Positions 1-15,036 are shown, counted from the whole stretch's first letter. The stretch: 63,063 nucleotides of DNA, filler included, from Octopus bimaculoides (GCF_001194135.2; 6 parts of 5 records of this genome joined end to end with filler, not necessarily neighbours in it); one strand, 5' to 3'. The notes: generated by a model from the letters alone, not told the origin. Translations and numbers: made by a program.

Positions 1-99
1 ATATATATATATATATATATATATAATACAAAGAATATATATGCATGTATACACACATATATGTACATACTTACATCTGCTTGTGTATATAGATGCATA

Positions 100-370
100 T
101 CAGAGTACAGGACGTTAGAACATTAAACTACAGACAACGGAGCGAACACATAGGAAAACAGATAGCCACTTGGAATTATTCCTTCATCAGCTGCCTCTAT
201 TCTAACTCGACGTTTCGAAGATAAGGCAGTCCGTACTCTAGAATAGTCTCTTCCTGAGTAGTGGATCAACCCACTAAACAGGATTCCAAGGTGGCAAACA
301 CAAACCAAGACAGGAGAAATTGGACAGTGAAAACAACATTAAAAAGCCGTACTGCCAAACGCGAGTCTGA
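100..370 (-). mobile_element. Penelope-like element terminal (pseudo-LTR) fragment with degenerate hammerhead motifs
   Basis: Minus strand reads TTCGAAACGTC-N18-CTGATGAAGG followed by a T-rich tail; the same layout recurs at 18160-18390 and 30820-31085. The family assignment is inferred from this motif layout. Confidence 0.45.
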
Positions 371-638
371 TGTAGAACGCTAGCAGTTCGTCTTGTCTTC
401 ACAGCGGCTGGAGTGAAAAGAGATAGTTGACCACAGGTCACATGAGAGCAGAGAGGATGGTAGAGAGAGGAAGTGGAACAAGGAGGAAGAGACAGANNNN
501 NNNNNNNNNNNNNNNNNNNNNNNNNNNNNNNNNNNNNNNNNNNNNNNNNNNNNNNNNNNNNNNNNNNNNNNNNNNNNNNNNNNNNNNNNNNNNNNNNNNN
601 NNNNNNNNNNNNNNNNNNNNNNNNNNNNNNNNNNNNNN

Positions 639-682
<44 letters not shown>

Positions 683-1088
683 TTGTGTGTATGCGTGTGT
701 ATACATATAAATGTACACATATCTATATGTATCTACATATATCTATATTATATAATTATTCTCTCTCTATATATATATACATACACACACACACACCTAT
801 ATATATNNNNNNNNNNTGTAGAACGCTAGCAGTTCGTCTTGTCTTCACAGCGGCTGGAGTGAAAAGAGATAGTTGACCACAGGTCACATGAGAGCAGAGA
901 GGATGGTAGAGAGAGGAAGTGGAACAAGGAGGAAGAGACAGAAGTGTATAGCAGTGAAGTAGAAGCCAGGACAACAGAAGGGAGCAGAGCGAGAGGGGGA
1001 GATGGGTAAGAAGAAAGATAGATAGGTAGATAGATATAGCGATAGATAGAAAGATAGAGAAAGAGAGAGGATGGTAGTGGGAGGAAGT

Positions 1089-1140
<52 letters not shown>

Positions 1141-1894
1141 GAACAGCCACACGTATGTGGGTGCGTGTGTGTAGTTAATTTTGCTTTGGATTATGTATGT
1201 TTTTATACATGTGAGTATATAGTTATTTGTAAACATGTGTGTATCCCTTGTTAGTGTCGAAAGGCATATATTTAGAACAGCATAATTTTAAAAGTAAATA
1301 TATTTTGCTATTGTCTTTAATGCGTGTATTTCTAAATTGGTCATAACGAAGGAACAAATTATAATTCTCTATAATAAAATGGTCAATCAAATGCAAAGTT
1401 ATAATGAGTAATTATTTCAACGATATTTTATCTCTGTAATTTTGTTTGAAAATATGAATACATTGTTAGCAAATATGAATACTAAAGAATAAATTGGAAA
1501 ATTTTAATCGATTTACTTTTGTTTCATTACGAAAGATATGGAAATATATTTGTCATAACGTTATATATGATATTTGATTATATTCCTATATTCAGGCACG
1601 ATATTCATCCATAAATGCAATTGAAATTTAAAGTACAAATATGTTAATGGGAATTCGTTGGTTTCTTCTACCGAATAAAAAAGCCTACTAAATAACGTAG
1701 AATGTGAATGGTTGAGTAACTTAATAACTCTGACAGAATTACCTCCGCATTTCCTGTGTTAAAGGCGTACATTTGAACTACATGTACTATTATTCTGATG
1801 GACTGCATTCGAAAGGATCCGCATTTACCAAATTTCACAGAAAGACTGCACCAGCTGTTTAGAGATTGTTATAGGAATATTTAGATGAAAATTA

Positions 1895-1957
1895 GGCGGA
1901 TCGAACCCTGTAATTTATGATTACAAAATGTAATTCTTAACTACACTAACTACACGG
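1895..1957 (-). mobile_element. Degenerate tRNA-like SINE head
   Basis: Minus strand CCGTGTAGTTAGTGTAGTTAAG...AGGGTTCGATCCGCC has A-box-like and B-box (GGTTCGATCC) elements at tRNA spacing; there is no intact cloverleaf. Confidence 0.45.
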
Positions 1958-4900
1958 TTATTTTGCTTCGGTACGTTTCTCTTTATACGCACATTATGTT
2001 TACGCGCATGCATTTAGACGCACACATAAAAAAAACACTCATATACACGCACACACACACAAACGCACTTACAGAAAACACACGCACGCACACACACACA
2101 TATGCACACACACACACACACACACACCCACACACGGACACAGATGTATGTGTGTATGTGTGTACGGAGTCTCAGCTAAGAATACTAATTAAGATATGTT
2201 GGAAATATTTTAAGCTCTAATTCTGTCTGTCGAATATAATATCTTGGATATATATTTGCAAAATATATGCGTCATGCTGCTGTGAAGTATAAGGTGAACA
2301 GTGAGACCATTGTAATTGTTAAGACTACGTATTCGAAAGAAGAGCGATTTACTTTGTTTATCTGAGATATCTGACAGCGTTTAACAATTGTAATTTGCTT
2401 TTGACATGGAATTATGCGTAATTACAAGGACAAGAAGTTCCGTGAAAGGGAACGGTTGACCAGAGAGCGTCTGTTGCCGGTCTTGTTCTTTATTTTATTA
2501 CATCAGCAGAATGCAATGCAGGGCTGATCTCTTTGCAATTCGAACTATGAATGTAAAGTGTCTGAACAAATACAGTAATCATTCTAACAGCACTAACAGA
2601 TTGAATTAAATTCCGTGGTTAACCTGAAAAACCAGATTTCATATGCACTTAGCGAGTTACTACTACTAAGTAATCTAAAACAGATTTTTCTTATATGAAT
2701 CTTGGCAATTTATATTTGATACTATTTAAGTGTGATACGTGAATACCCTTCTCTAGGACTAGAATATCCTCGGTGAAATGTATATGAATCAAACAAGAAT
2801 TCCAGTAGCTTCGTAAAATCGGATTTTCCGGAAGTTTGGACTTACCCTACCACGCTAACCATAGAACTGTAGAATATTATACACCGTTGGGAAGTTTTAG
2901 TGCTTCAGGGCATCTCGCAATTCTAGTTGGTTCAAATCATTATTTCTAACGCTGCAGTTTTTTATATCAAGCCTGTATGAGAGCACACAACTCTGCATCC
3001 TTTTATAAAATTAATTTTCCATGTACACAACGACTAAGCTACCACATGGTAATTAAATTTTCAGCAAAGTAGAAGATGGCTACACTTGGGGCCGTGATGT
3101 ATGCGAATCTGTGACATAGAACGGTCAACGTCAGTTTCACAAATATAAGCACCCATAAAGTGACATAATTAGGAAACTAATAACGATTAACACTATCGTA
3201 GCAGTTGTGGTAACGTCAGTGAATGTTCCTTATTCAAACATAAAGAAAATATATAAATGAATATAAAGAATCTCGAAGTATGAATTTAAAAAGAAAACTG
3301 CAGAAATTTGTTTGGATTCAGAAACATTATATGCGATTTTCTTGTAATATTTCTGAAGATATTTCAAGCGTAGATGGATTAAATTAAGTTGGTTTTATCG
3401 TTGATTTTATCACGATATTTGTTATTGAGGCTGTTGTTGTTGACATATTTATATATATATATTTTTTATTTTGCTCACTTTTTAGAGATATCGTCTTAAT
3501 ACTAATGGTATATTATTGGAAGATCACAGAAATGTTTAATCAATGGAACATTCAGTGGAATCATTCCTCGTCTCCATTTGTGAAACTTTCTTAGAAGGAT
3601 TAGAATTTTCGATCGTTGCAAATAAAATCGATAAACTGTTTAGAACTGATATGACACGAAAGAACAAACGAAAAAACAAACAAACAAACAAAAGAAGAAA
3701 GGAAATACAAATGAGACGTAATTAAATAACAGAACAGTGCGTTATTTTTTGCTTGTTTTCATCTCAAATAATGATTTTTAAAAAATTTTGCATTCATTTT
3801 CAATAAAGTTACCAAAGAAATATTGGTCATCATAATTGAATATTGTTAATGACAATGATGTTCAATTAATTAAGGATTTTAATTAGTTACTGCTCCATAA
3901 TTAGCTGATATTCTGTCGATGATATTTCTAAATGACAAAATTGATGTGTTCTATGAAGTTTCGCGTAAAATGTTAGAATATCCTTCATTGCGTGGTTACA
4001 TAACTTACAGTGCGTTCGTACAACCAACTTGAATAATCAGCATAGAACTGTCTTTTGTTGGTAATTTATTGCTATTAAAATAATTCATCTTAGCTGCTAT
4101 ACATTAATAGATCAACTAATCATTGGACTTCAATGATCTCTGTTTTTTGTTTGTTTTGAAATTATTACAAAGTCGATGATCGATTCACTGTAAATATACT
4201 ACAAAGCAAACGGGAATTGAAAGTTTCATCTGTGGTATATTCAAATTTTAATTTTATTATTTTAACAAAAAAAGAAACAAAAAGAAAAGAAAGACACATT
4301 TAATGCATTAATAGTTGAATATTAATTTAAGGTTTAACGCATGTTTAAGAAGAACAACATACCATTTACTCGTGAGAATCTCAACAACGAAAGGAGAGCC
4401 AAACTTCTTATAAATGTCATTTGATAAGATTTTCAGTTTCTCCTGACAGTTTATTCAACCAATGATATTTGAATAACTTATCTGTGGACATTAAAGTCCC
4501 AGTCTCAACGAAAAGTATAAACGCTTATATAATACATAAATATATTAAAACAAGCAGTCATGATAACTTTCCCAACGAAACTTGACTGCAAATGTAGTCA
4601 GTGACTCTAAGTAGCATACCAAATTATATTCCAAAGTATCAAGTAAATTTGTATGTAGAAAAATATACTAACTGTCGCTTTTTCCTCCTTAATTAGTTTG
4701 TCTTTCTGTATACTTGGATATTCATATGTAACTTTCAGCACATAAAACAATCGATTCTATAATGAAGTCACGTTCAACAACATATAGATCCTAATTTCTG
4801 ACAGGAATAGCTCGAGGAAAAAGTATAACATACATACGTAGGTACGTTCGTGTGTATTTGGTAAAGAAAAGGATGAAAATCACGAAAAAAAAACTACAAT

Positions 4901-7243
4901 AATGCCTCTTGAACAACATTACCGTACACGTTACTATATGTGCAATCTAATGGTGTTGAAAGGTATGCTGTATTTAATGTTAAACACTAAAGACATCCTC
5001 CATTTGATGTTAACTAATAACATTCTTTAACATTAAAAACAGCATATCTTTACTGGAATTGCACATAAATTTCTTGAAGTAATAATTAAGTTACACTAAT
5101 TATTTTCGTCATAGTATGTCACTATCTGATGTAATATCAAATTAGTACTATATACATTTTACGTAGTTTGGTAATATAATATCTATGCATGAGTTGTTTG
5201 TAAATGATCGCTTAATTTTAATATTTTCTTCATGTGTTTTCTTTCATAAGAAATTAACTTTTATTCTAAAGAATGGTCATATAGAATATCGTAATTGCTC
5301 CACCATTAGGAAATATTAATAAATGTCTGACGATTTTAATAAAACTTTCCTGAAATCTAATATTTATTAAATTTTCTAACGGTACCCTCTAAGAAATGTT
5401 ACATACAGGAAGTTATTCACGTCAGCCGTTGAAATGTTGTGATATAGTCTAATAGAAAGTAATCAAACGAAAGGAGCAATAAAAATATTAATTTGCGAAG
5501 TCGAAACCATTTCGGATGTCAGTCCTTTAGAACTGTACATATATCATTTGGAAATTTATAACGTACTGCATTTCTCAGAATATTGATTGGATTTAGTCGA
5601 TTCACGGGATAGATAAAAAAAAAAAATCTTCCAAGTATCCAAGAATGTAAGGTAATATATTTTCATCCACTCAAATGGCGATCGTAACAAATTGACGAGT
5701 AGGAGACGTTCTATATTGCCTTTGCAACAGATCGGAAACCGTGACTCATAATGTTGAATAAAATGCTGAGTTTATAGTATTCTGTAGTAATAGAATCTAT
5801 CGAAAAAAGTTAGATAAGTAACAAAACTTGTGTGGATCTAATACTTTATCAATGAGTATCACAGAAGTTTGAGCTGGGGGCTTGTCTATAAATGAAAATC
5901 GAAACTTCGTACCGTCTCTTTTCAGGAATGTTTCACGTAGGTAACGAGACGTTTAAAAATAACGAAAAGAAAATAAATTATAAGATATTTAGAACTAGAT
6001 ATGTTAATTAATAGTGAACCGATTTCTATGAACATTAAAGTTGATATTATCGAGAATCACATGGGATACGTATCTGATAGAGATAGGTGAGAAAATTAAA
6101 ATGCTCTTAAGAGGCTGCAAATGAGTTTAAGATAACTACGTAACAATTCAAAGGAAAGGTAAAAGATCAATTGCTACAAGTTTCAATGAGACATTCATAT
6201 GATTTAAAAGTCAGACATTAGGTTTCTTAAATGATTTTAGTAATATACATGGTCTGAATTTAGGCAGACACACTCACACGTACACGCACTGAATCAAACA
6301 CATATTTGCATACACATTAGCATAGAGAGAAACCACTAAAAATACACTACTATCAACGACACAAACACAGGAACACAACGAAAGTCCAACAAGCAGAAAT
6401 GTGTTTCTCATTGTCTCTGCAATCACCCCTCTCCCTCTTTCACATAGACATTTGCCCATCTGCAAATTTGTATGATATATATATATATATGTGTCTGTGT
6501 GTGACTGTGTGTGTGTCTGTGTGTGTGTGTGTGTGTGTGCGTGCGTAGGTCTAGGTGTGTATGCGTACATACATTCATGCATAAATTGATATACAGAGAC
6601 TCACGGACACACACTCACACACATAAAGACATGTATATGTTGAGGGTGGTATACCCATGCATACATTTGGTCTTAGTGCATTTAACATTTCCTCTTATGT
6701 ATGAGTTTGTAACCTTCTCCATTGTTACCTCATATGTCATAAGCAGCAGAGTGGAAACATGTCTCAGCAGATATAAAGAGATAAATAGAAGACGATACGG
6801 AGAGAAAGATTTCAATTGAATTCACTCAAATTTATTACCAAGTGTTGAAGAAAGTGAAGCAAAGAGGGAAAGAAGGACAAAGTGATTTGAAGGCAATGAA
6901 GCAGCAGAACTAGAAATTCAGAAAGTAACAGATAGAATGAGCCAGACGAGTTGATTATCAGGTTCAAAATGGACGCTGTTTAACACAAGATGCAGACAAT
7001 TTCATAAAACTTATACATTGAAAGGAAAATGTTTTAATATCTCGTAACATCCATACTCATCGGCATTTTATTGACTTTTAATCAAGATGTTGCATAGCTG
7101 GAATGAGAATCTTCATTAAATGGAAGCATCGAAGAATTTTCGGGTAACATTATAGAAGGGACAGAATTATATTTCCCATATACACTAGATATTAAGAATC
7201 TAACTAGACTCCATTACTTGTGTTTATCTCTTATCTTTGTTCA

Positions 7244-7307
<64 letters not shown>

Positions 7308-7496
7308 GTACGTGTACATACAAATATATATATGTATATATACAAAATTATTAGTTTGTATATACACATATAAACGTACCTATGTGGGCATACATACATA
7401 TATTATGCATATGGATATATATATATGTAATTATATATTTAAATATATATATGTATGTATATATAGGTACACAAATGTGCATTTATACACAATTAT

Positions 7497-7541
<45 letters not shown>

Positions 7542-7551
7542 NNNNNNNNNN

Positions 7552-7584
<33 letters not shown>

Positions 7585-9022
7585 CGATCATTTATATCTA
7601 TATATATTAATCTATTCATACATATACATAACGTGCTTACGTGAGTGAGTGTGTATGTTCACGTGTGCATTACTATATTTTTGTGCTTAAAGGAAAGGCT
7701 ACATGTCTGTGTATATCCGACTAAATTTAAATGCATGAATGTGCATAGATTTATGAATATAAGTGTTCGTGCTTGTGTATGTATACATGTTTGAATCTGT
7801 ACGTATATGAGTATACAAATTCACAAATTTAGGCGTCTAGTTATAAGCCGTTATGTACTACAACACATCCATGCATTTATACGTGCATAAATGTATGCTA
7901 ACATACGTCCGCGCGTCTGTGTGTGCACGCACGTGCCTTTGTGTACGTAGATAATGCACTTGCTGCACATACGTATACATTGATATATGAACGTATATAT
8001 GAACGTATCTTTATATATATGTATGTATATATATGTACATGTGTTTATGTATATGCACATATACGTACACACACGAGCAAACACACATTTATATATATTT
8101 ATAAATACGTATATGTACGTATGTATTTAGGAACCTATGTGTGTATACAAGGGGACATATTGAATTGAATATTAGAATCAAGTAATCTCATGATGACAGA
8201 GATATAGAGATATATTAACTGCTGACCAGGGATAAATTTTAATCGGTTTTAACCGTATAGTTTCCTTTTGAGTAGGAGTTGATGATATCTCTCACCTACA
8301 CTTGCTTTTATCTCTGTAGAGATAATAATTTAACCGAGCAAAGTTAAAAGTTAATACGAGAACTAAAGCAATGACCCCGACTGTATTTATAAGTGGAACA
8401 TAGAAAATTGATGGTGGAAGTTATATATGTGGTTGTTATCGATGTGGTTTCGTTGATGTTAGCGATTACACTGCTGACAGGAGTATACGGTTAGCATGGG
8501 AGTTGGTTGGTGAACTTTTGTTCCAAGATTTTGTGATGATATTTTAATTTCAAGAGATTGTTACAGGTTTAATGTTATCCGCATGACGCCCAAGTCACAG
8601 ACACAAACATCTGTGCATATGTACATCCGGCTCATACACATATGTATCTTTGTAAATGCATAAATAAGTACATGAAGGTATGCGTTTAAGTAGTGTAAGT
8701 ATGAACGGATTTGTATATGTTTGGGCGTGTTTGCGTGTTTGTCATTATCGTTCATCGCTTGATAACCGGTGTATCTGCGGTTACGTCCTTACAATCTCGC
8801 GGTTCAGCAAAGCAGAGTTGTATGAAAATTACAGCACAAAAATGATTACTTGTTTTGATTTGAATGAGTAAAGCAAGCATGATGGTATAGCCTGACCGCT
8901 GTACATTGAAACAAAGTAGAGGTAAATAATAACGATGTACACCCCTCACACACACACAGACATACACATACACAGACATACACATACACAGACATAGAGA
9001 CATACATGTATGTGTATGCTTG

Positions 9023-9603
9023 TAGGAGGATGGGCTGAATAGTTCATAGATTGGCTATGAAGTAGTGTTGCTATAGTTGTGAAAACCTGCATGCATTTCA
9101 ACCCTTCTTCCTAATAACTTTATTGTATTTTTGCCTGGTAAATGGCATCTAATTATATAAGGAAGTTTACAAAAGTAATTAGTAACGTCTTCTCTTGAGA
9201 ACGGGCTTTGGCATCATGGTGAAACATAGTAACTACAGAAAAGAGGTTTATTTCCCATCAACATCTATGCTGATATGGTTGCTAAATCAAGAGATAATAC
9301 TCAAGCTTTATCAAGAGTACAAAAGTGGGAAACTAAATTTAGGATCGGTAGGAGGATCTTGAAAGCGATTCAGGGTCTGGATGTCCTTCAACTGCCATCA
9401 ACGAGGAAAACAGTGATCGTGTTCATCACTCGGTGATGAATGACAGGCGGTTGACTAGAAATCAAATAGCCAATACTTTCAGTATATCCCATGAGAGAGT
9501 TGAAAAGAACTTTGCGTGTCAAAGGCTTCTGCTTGGTGGGTATCACGTCTTCTGAGATCTAATGAAAAGCGTAGCAGACTGATCACATCACGGGAAAATC
9601 TGA
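9023..9603 (+). mobile_element. Mariner transposon 5' half, transposase pseudogene (HTH region)
   Basis: Frameshifted translation LQKRGLFPINIYADMVAK..LSRVQKWETKFRIGR / SGCPSTAINEENSDRVHHSVMNDRRLTRNQIA..ISHERVE / VSKASAWWVSRLL (degenerate WVPRLL motif). A TIR-like start TAGGAGGATGGGCTGAATAGTTC lies upstream. Confidence 0.85.
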
Positions 9604-10730
9604 TCCACTAATCCAAATATCGTGATTGTTAGTACTTGCATCCGCCAGATTTGTGATGTCCAAACTGTTCATAACTGTAAATTTTTATATGATACTCAGG
9701 CTATCTTCTAAAAATAGCCATCGTCTCTGAATATCACCAAATTAAGATTGCTCTTGTCCTACCTTATATACAGAAGTATTATTGTGAATCATTTCCACTT
9801 GATATCATTCATTTTCGTTCTCACGTTCTTATTCACAGCACGTATTCAATTAGTTGCTTCCACATTTACTAATTTTCTCTTTAGACATCGTCTAGTATCA
9901 CATAACTCTTAGGATATCATCGATGACTCATAGTTGCTCTTGTATTTTTTCTTATCATTAGCACTTGTAAAGCTTATTCATGAAGTGGTTACTTGATATT
10001 GTAGGTCACTGAACTTAAGTCAGAAACCCGGCTACTAAAGTGAGACGAGAGATTGCTGCAGCCTGTCGATCTTTGAAATTATTCACTATGCATCTTTGTT
10101 TATGATTTGTTTTCAGTTTAAAGTGTTGTGTCATCCACAACAGGTATTTACGATAGTGACATCTGAAGTAGGAAATGACAATCAAAGTTTTGGCTTGGAA
10201 TTTCAGAGATGGGAATATGAAGTTATGAATAGTGGCATTTAGTGTACCTCTTGTGTGGTAGCAAAGTGTTCATTTCCGCAAGTTTACGACTACCGAAAAT
10301 TCTAAAAGTCAATTATTTCATCCAATATCCAAACCCACGGATTTTATGCACTATTGACCGATTTTCGTATTCAAAACTCCGGAGACGCTGAAGATTGCTT
10401 TCTGATGAAATATCTTAATATCTTTCATAACGTCTTCTCTTCACTTGTATCACTGTCATATTCAAGTGTCAGAGCATACATGTGTATAATATATGGTATA
10501 ATGAGCCAGCAGTATACTAGTGTGCAGTATACGTCTGAATTTATTCTGCTTTTGGTGACGATGAAGCGTCACCTCTTCTGTAACATAATTTCTGTCCTTC
10601 ATCTGTGTTGAATTCTCCATGTTCAGGCCACCTATTTTCAACTACCTTTAATATTTCCTATGCATATTTGATATGTTCATGAAGTCCTTTCTTTCTATTA
10701 CACGTGGCAGCTGTACGGAATGGGACTGCC
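9604..10730 (-). mobile_element. RTE-clade LINE relic (APE endonuclease and linker)
   Basis: Minus-strand broken frames: EILKVVENRWPEHGEFNTDEGQKLCY, IHMYALTLEYD (cf. IQVYAPT), GVLNTKIG (cf. GDWNAKVG), MNTLLPHK, and ELCDTRRCLKRK..RAVNKNVRTKM. Confidence 0.75.
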
Positions 10731-11939
10731 TATTTATGTAATTTAGTACTGTAGTTCGAGAAGACGATGTTTGTTAATGTCAAGGTCTTTGTAATTGACC
10801 CTTCACTAGTATCTTCGTTGCATCAACCCTGAAAAATAATAGAGAAAATTGTGATCGTTGATTTTCCTAGTAATTAAATTTTAAGAGATCTAGAAAATTA
10901 TGCCATGACAATGTGTCCATCATTGAACTTCATTTGGCTCGGGTAAAGATTGGCGACAGCCATCTCCTATTCAAGACTCCTAGCCGTTCATTAAGGTTGG
11001 TAGAGCAGCAAAAGCAGTTACCGTGATGTGAATGTGAAAAGTCTGTGAGTTAGAAATGAGTGAGTTGAGATCCAGTGTGCTCGTCCATGCGAGGGCTCTT
11101 GCTATCAAACATCAAAATATTCTCTCCACGCGAATATCTCTAAACATTATTGACGGATACATTTTGAGCCGCCTACAAAGCAAAGAAAATATTTTAACTT
11201 TTGCAGTAAAGAGTGAGAATTAAATAGCGAAGAACTGCAGAGGACATATCAGTTGTTCGCCAATCAATGAAATTGCTGAGATATATATATTTGCTATGAC
11301 TTAGGAAATAACTCATATTACGATTCCTGTTCCCATAACGAGGGCAAACACGCGGTTTAATGATAATGGCGTTGTAAAATCTGTTCAGGTGTCAAGTATT
11401 AAATTCCTGGAGAGACAATATTACGATACTAATGTGCGGAGACTGATACGAATTATTGCCTTTATATTTTGAAGTGTTTGGCATTATTTATTCATTCCGA
11501 TATACTAGGTTGATCTTGAAAAATAACCTCACGTCAGCTCATAATCCAGAGGAAAATTGATTTATATAATTTTCACTTCTCTTTAAAATTCTTGCAACTT
11601 GCATAGCTTTTATACAACTAGTCATTGATTTCTGCAACATTATATGATGACGTTGTTGTAATTTTATTGCGTTGATAATGGGGAAGGCAGGATAAGCCTA
11701 CTAAAGCATAATATGGTAAATAGGAATCAAGTTAAAATTTCAGTGAAACCTAAATCATGTACTTTAGTTATATATTGGTCTCATTTACTCAAAACTACCA
11801 CATCCGACTACCTATTGCATGTTATTAACTGGCATGTTGTTTGAGACTTGGAGAGAAAAAGTATTTGTATCTCACACTTACCTCTCTCAGCCTTTCTACC
11901 ACAACTATGGTGGAATAATGGCCACTGATCTTCTGATTT

Positions 11940-12260
11940 GCTTGAGATCATGACCTCTGTACTCAGGAATTCCCGTCCCAAATCCCCTCACTTTATGCTT
12001 GTTTGGTTTAATTTCCCACGTCTCGCACTAACCCCTGTACCCAGTCCATCCTTATCAGAAACCCTTTATTTATAACACCCTCCTTCATAATATTTTCACG
12101 CATGTTTGCACTTGCTTAAAAGGAATATTTATGTCATTAATCTCTCTGGCTTTCAAAGGGTTTGCATAGGAATGATAACTCCCCTTTCCATTACTAGAAC
12201 GACCGTCTCATCTTCCTTAGCATAATATATCCAGGCCTATGCTATCCAGTCTTTCTTTAG
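11940..12260 (-). mobile_element. Possible CR1/L2-like LINE 3' relic
   Basis: Minus-strand KERLDSIGL and YRGHDLK resemble the CR1 C-terminal ERL..LGL and TRGH.LK motifs; very decayed. Confidence 0.35.
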
Positions 12261-13744
12261 TATTTTATGACGTTGGTATATGATTTAAGTAAGACTTCTC
12301 TACTACTTTTATAGTTCCAGTGACCTCACAGACGCTGCACTCTTAGGTTCGAGCTCTTCTGCGTTGGATCTCTTGTAGTAAATATTTATTTTGTTGCTTA
12401 GTTTAGGCGGCCGAATATAGCTGAATGTTTAAAATGTTATCTTCGTTACAAAGAGATCACAAGTTTGATTTCACATTCACAAAACGTTGAACATATGTCT
12501 CATTATGTGTCTTCGTGGGAAGTGATAATTTGTGCCTGAAATTTGTTAGACGCAGAGTGTATGGAAGCTCGTTGGATGGATTGCTCCTGAAATTTAAAGG
12601 TCTAACCATGTTATTGCTATTCTGGCATTAAGGTTATGTGAGTCTACGGAACACTCAGTCACACGTCAATTCAATGCGTAATTCGGTCGATCGATAATGA
12701 ACGCAATTTTGATCGAAAATTCTGACCGAAATGACTGAGTCAGTGTATTACCAGCAGCATTCTAATCATGATTATCTTAGCAGTTTGGGGTTAAACTGTA
12801 TTGCATTATCAAGCATGTCCTTTGTTTATTTAAGCCGCAAGCAAAGGATTTATGGGAGGTGTGTTTGTAAGTACTACTAAGGTTAAGGAGTTTATACAGG
12901 ATTCTTTGATAGTGTTCTGGCATTCTGATGTGCTGCATTAATGGTAAGATCTTCAAACTCTCATGTAGTTGAAAGAATCCGTGCATCGAGACTTGGCGCA
13001 GAAAAAAATGTAATAATTGCATGTCCCTTACTTTTTTTATTTTCCATGCTTGTACTGCATTCTTAGCATTTCTATGTATTTCATTGGGACGGTTGCTTTC
13101 AGAGACAGCTCTATGTCACCGATACATTTTACATAGTGGAAAGACTTCAGCGAAGCGAACGCTGCTAGAATTTGGAAATAGAAAATTTACCCATTGAAAA
13201 GTTGAACTTCATTGATTTTTATACTAACAAATTATCTTTGATATAATGTAATATAATATATTCATTTTATAATAACTTTAGTCATGCAACAACTGTCGAA
13301 TGCATGAACTACATTTTTCTTGAGGGATAAAAACGAAGTCAACTCCGCAGATTTAGAACACGGAGGGTGAATAGACAAATCTAAATACAGGATACCATTT
13401 GTTTCGAGAGTTAACGGTTCACTGCCGGTGGAAAATATAAATGTAACTGTGTAGAGGGTACTAGGTTTCTATCGACTAATTTGAAGGAAACGTGTGGTGT
13501 AGTATGTTGATGATGGGCTACATATACATAGAATAAAATTGTCAAATGGTTTAAGGATTACCTGAGACGGAATATAGTAGAACATATATTCCCATTTCTG
13601 TTAATTAATCAGTACCCAAACCTCTAAGCTTCGTTGTCACTTACTTCATCCATTTCCAATATTTGTACCTTACATATTAAGAAAGATTTCATCACCATAG
13701 ATCATATTTAATACAAGACAATTAAATTTAGCAGAGGATACTTT

Positions 13745-13900
13745 GGATGTTGTATTGTCCCCAATACTTGACTGGTACTTCATTTTGTCCATCGAGGAGT
13801 AATAAAATACAAAGGGGATCAGGATAGCATTAAACTCAGAATTTATAAAGTCAAAAAATTAGGTGAATGTATTTTATGTCTGCATTCTAACGACTTTCCT
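13745..13900 (-). mobile_element. SINE family A, degenerate fragment
   Basis: Similar to the 33180-33381 copy (CCCCAATACTTGACTGGTACTT..., AACTCAGAA...). Confidence 0.4.
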
Positions 13901-14629
13901 AAAAGCGCTTTGTATTATGCATTCCTTTATTGAAATATTTGGCTAAACTTTCTATCACTATCTGAAAGCCTACATTTAAGAAACTATATCTTCAAACATC
14001 ATTTAACATTTCACTTTATCGTGATTGCTCGACATATTTTAGAGATAATGAAATAACTCACATATGCCAGTATATGAACGTAAATCTGTTATGAAACATA
14101 TTTTGTATGTTACGAATTAAAACGTGACCTTTGGAAAATTATGATATACTTAGAGTAAACCATATTTTCGATATAAAGAGTTAATATGACCTCTGACTAC
14201 TATGTTCAACCTCAAGGGGAAAATGTGATGTAACCGCGTTTTATTACAGCTACTTGTCAGTTAGACCGAAGATAATAATTGACAAATTGCAGCAATGCAG
14301 ATTTCGAAATATATTCCATCGTACGGGGTCGGATTTAGCAGAATTCTGCTGATGGATTCGCACGTTAATTTCATTCCAGCAGATAGATGGATAATAAGTT
14401 TGACAGTTCTCTTCTCTCATCTTGCATGAATCTTGCCAAATGACGGATATAACATCAATTACGTTTGACGTTGGAATTAGTGGAAGATCGCTAATACTAA
14501 GTAAATGCAGACGATCGCATGCCACGCACATAAGCATTACAAATGCACATACTCACATACACGTGGAGAAAACTGCATGCCTCACCTACTACACATATAC
14601 AATGTAGTATGAAGAAAGCATTTCGTACA

Positions 14630-14794
<165 letters not shown>

Positions 14795-14893
14795 NNNNNN
14801 NNNNTCTTCCTTTCTTTCTTTTTGTAAATCTTTAACACTATATATTCTCACATACATATATACACACATACATATAGACATACATACACACAG

Positions 14894-14929
<36 letters not shown>

Positions 14930-14953
14930 TATGCATATATACATATATCCATC

Positions 14954-14995
<42 letters not shown>

Positions 14996-15001
14996 CATAT
15001 A

Positions 15002-15036
<35 letters not shown>

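Noticed and set aside
371-942. 126-nt direct repeat (371-496 and 817-942)
   Set aside because: The copies are identical and abut N gaps, typical of an unmerged contig overlap.
6760-7170. Possible RTE RT N-terminal relic (EPDEL..FK); similarly weak PLE-like traces at 16430-17070 and RTE-like traces at 23200-23590
   Set aside because: Only faint motif resemblance with many stops; needs a profile search.
14250-14537. 95-aa minus-strand ORF in unique sequence
   Set aside because: No recognisable domain and no convincing splice partners.
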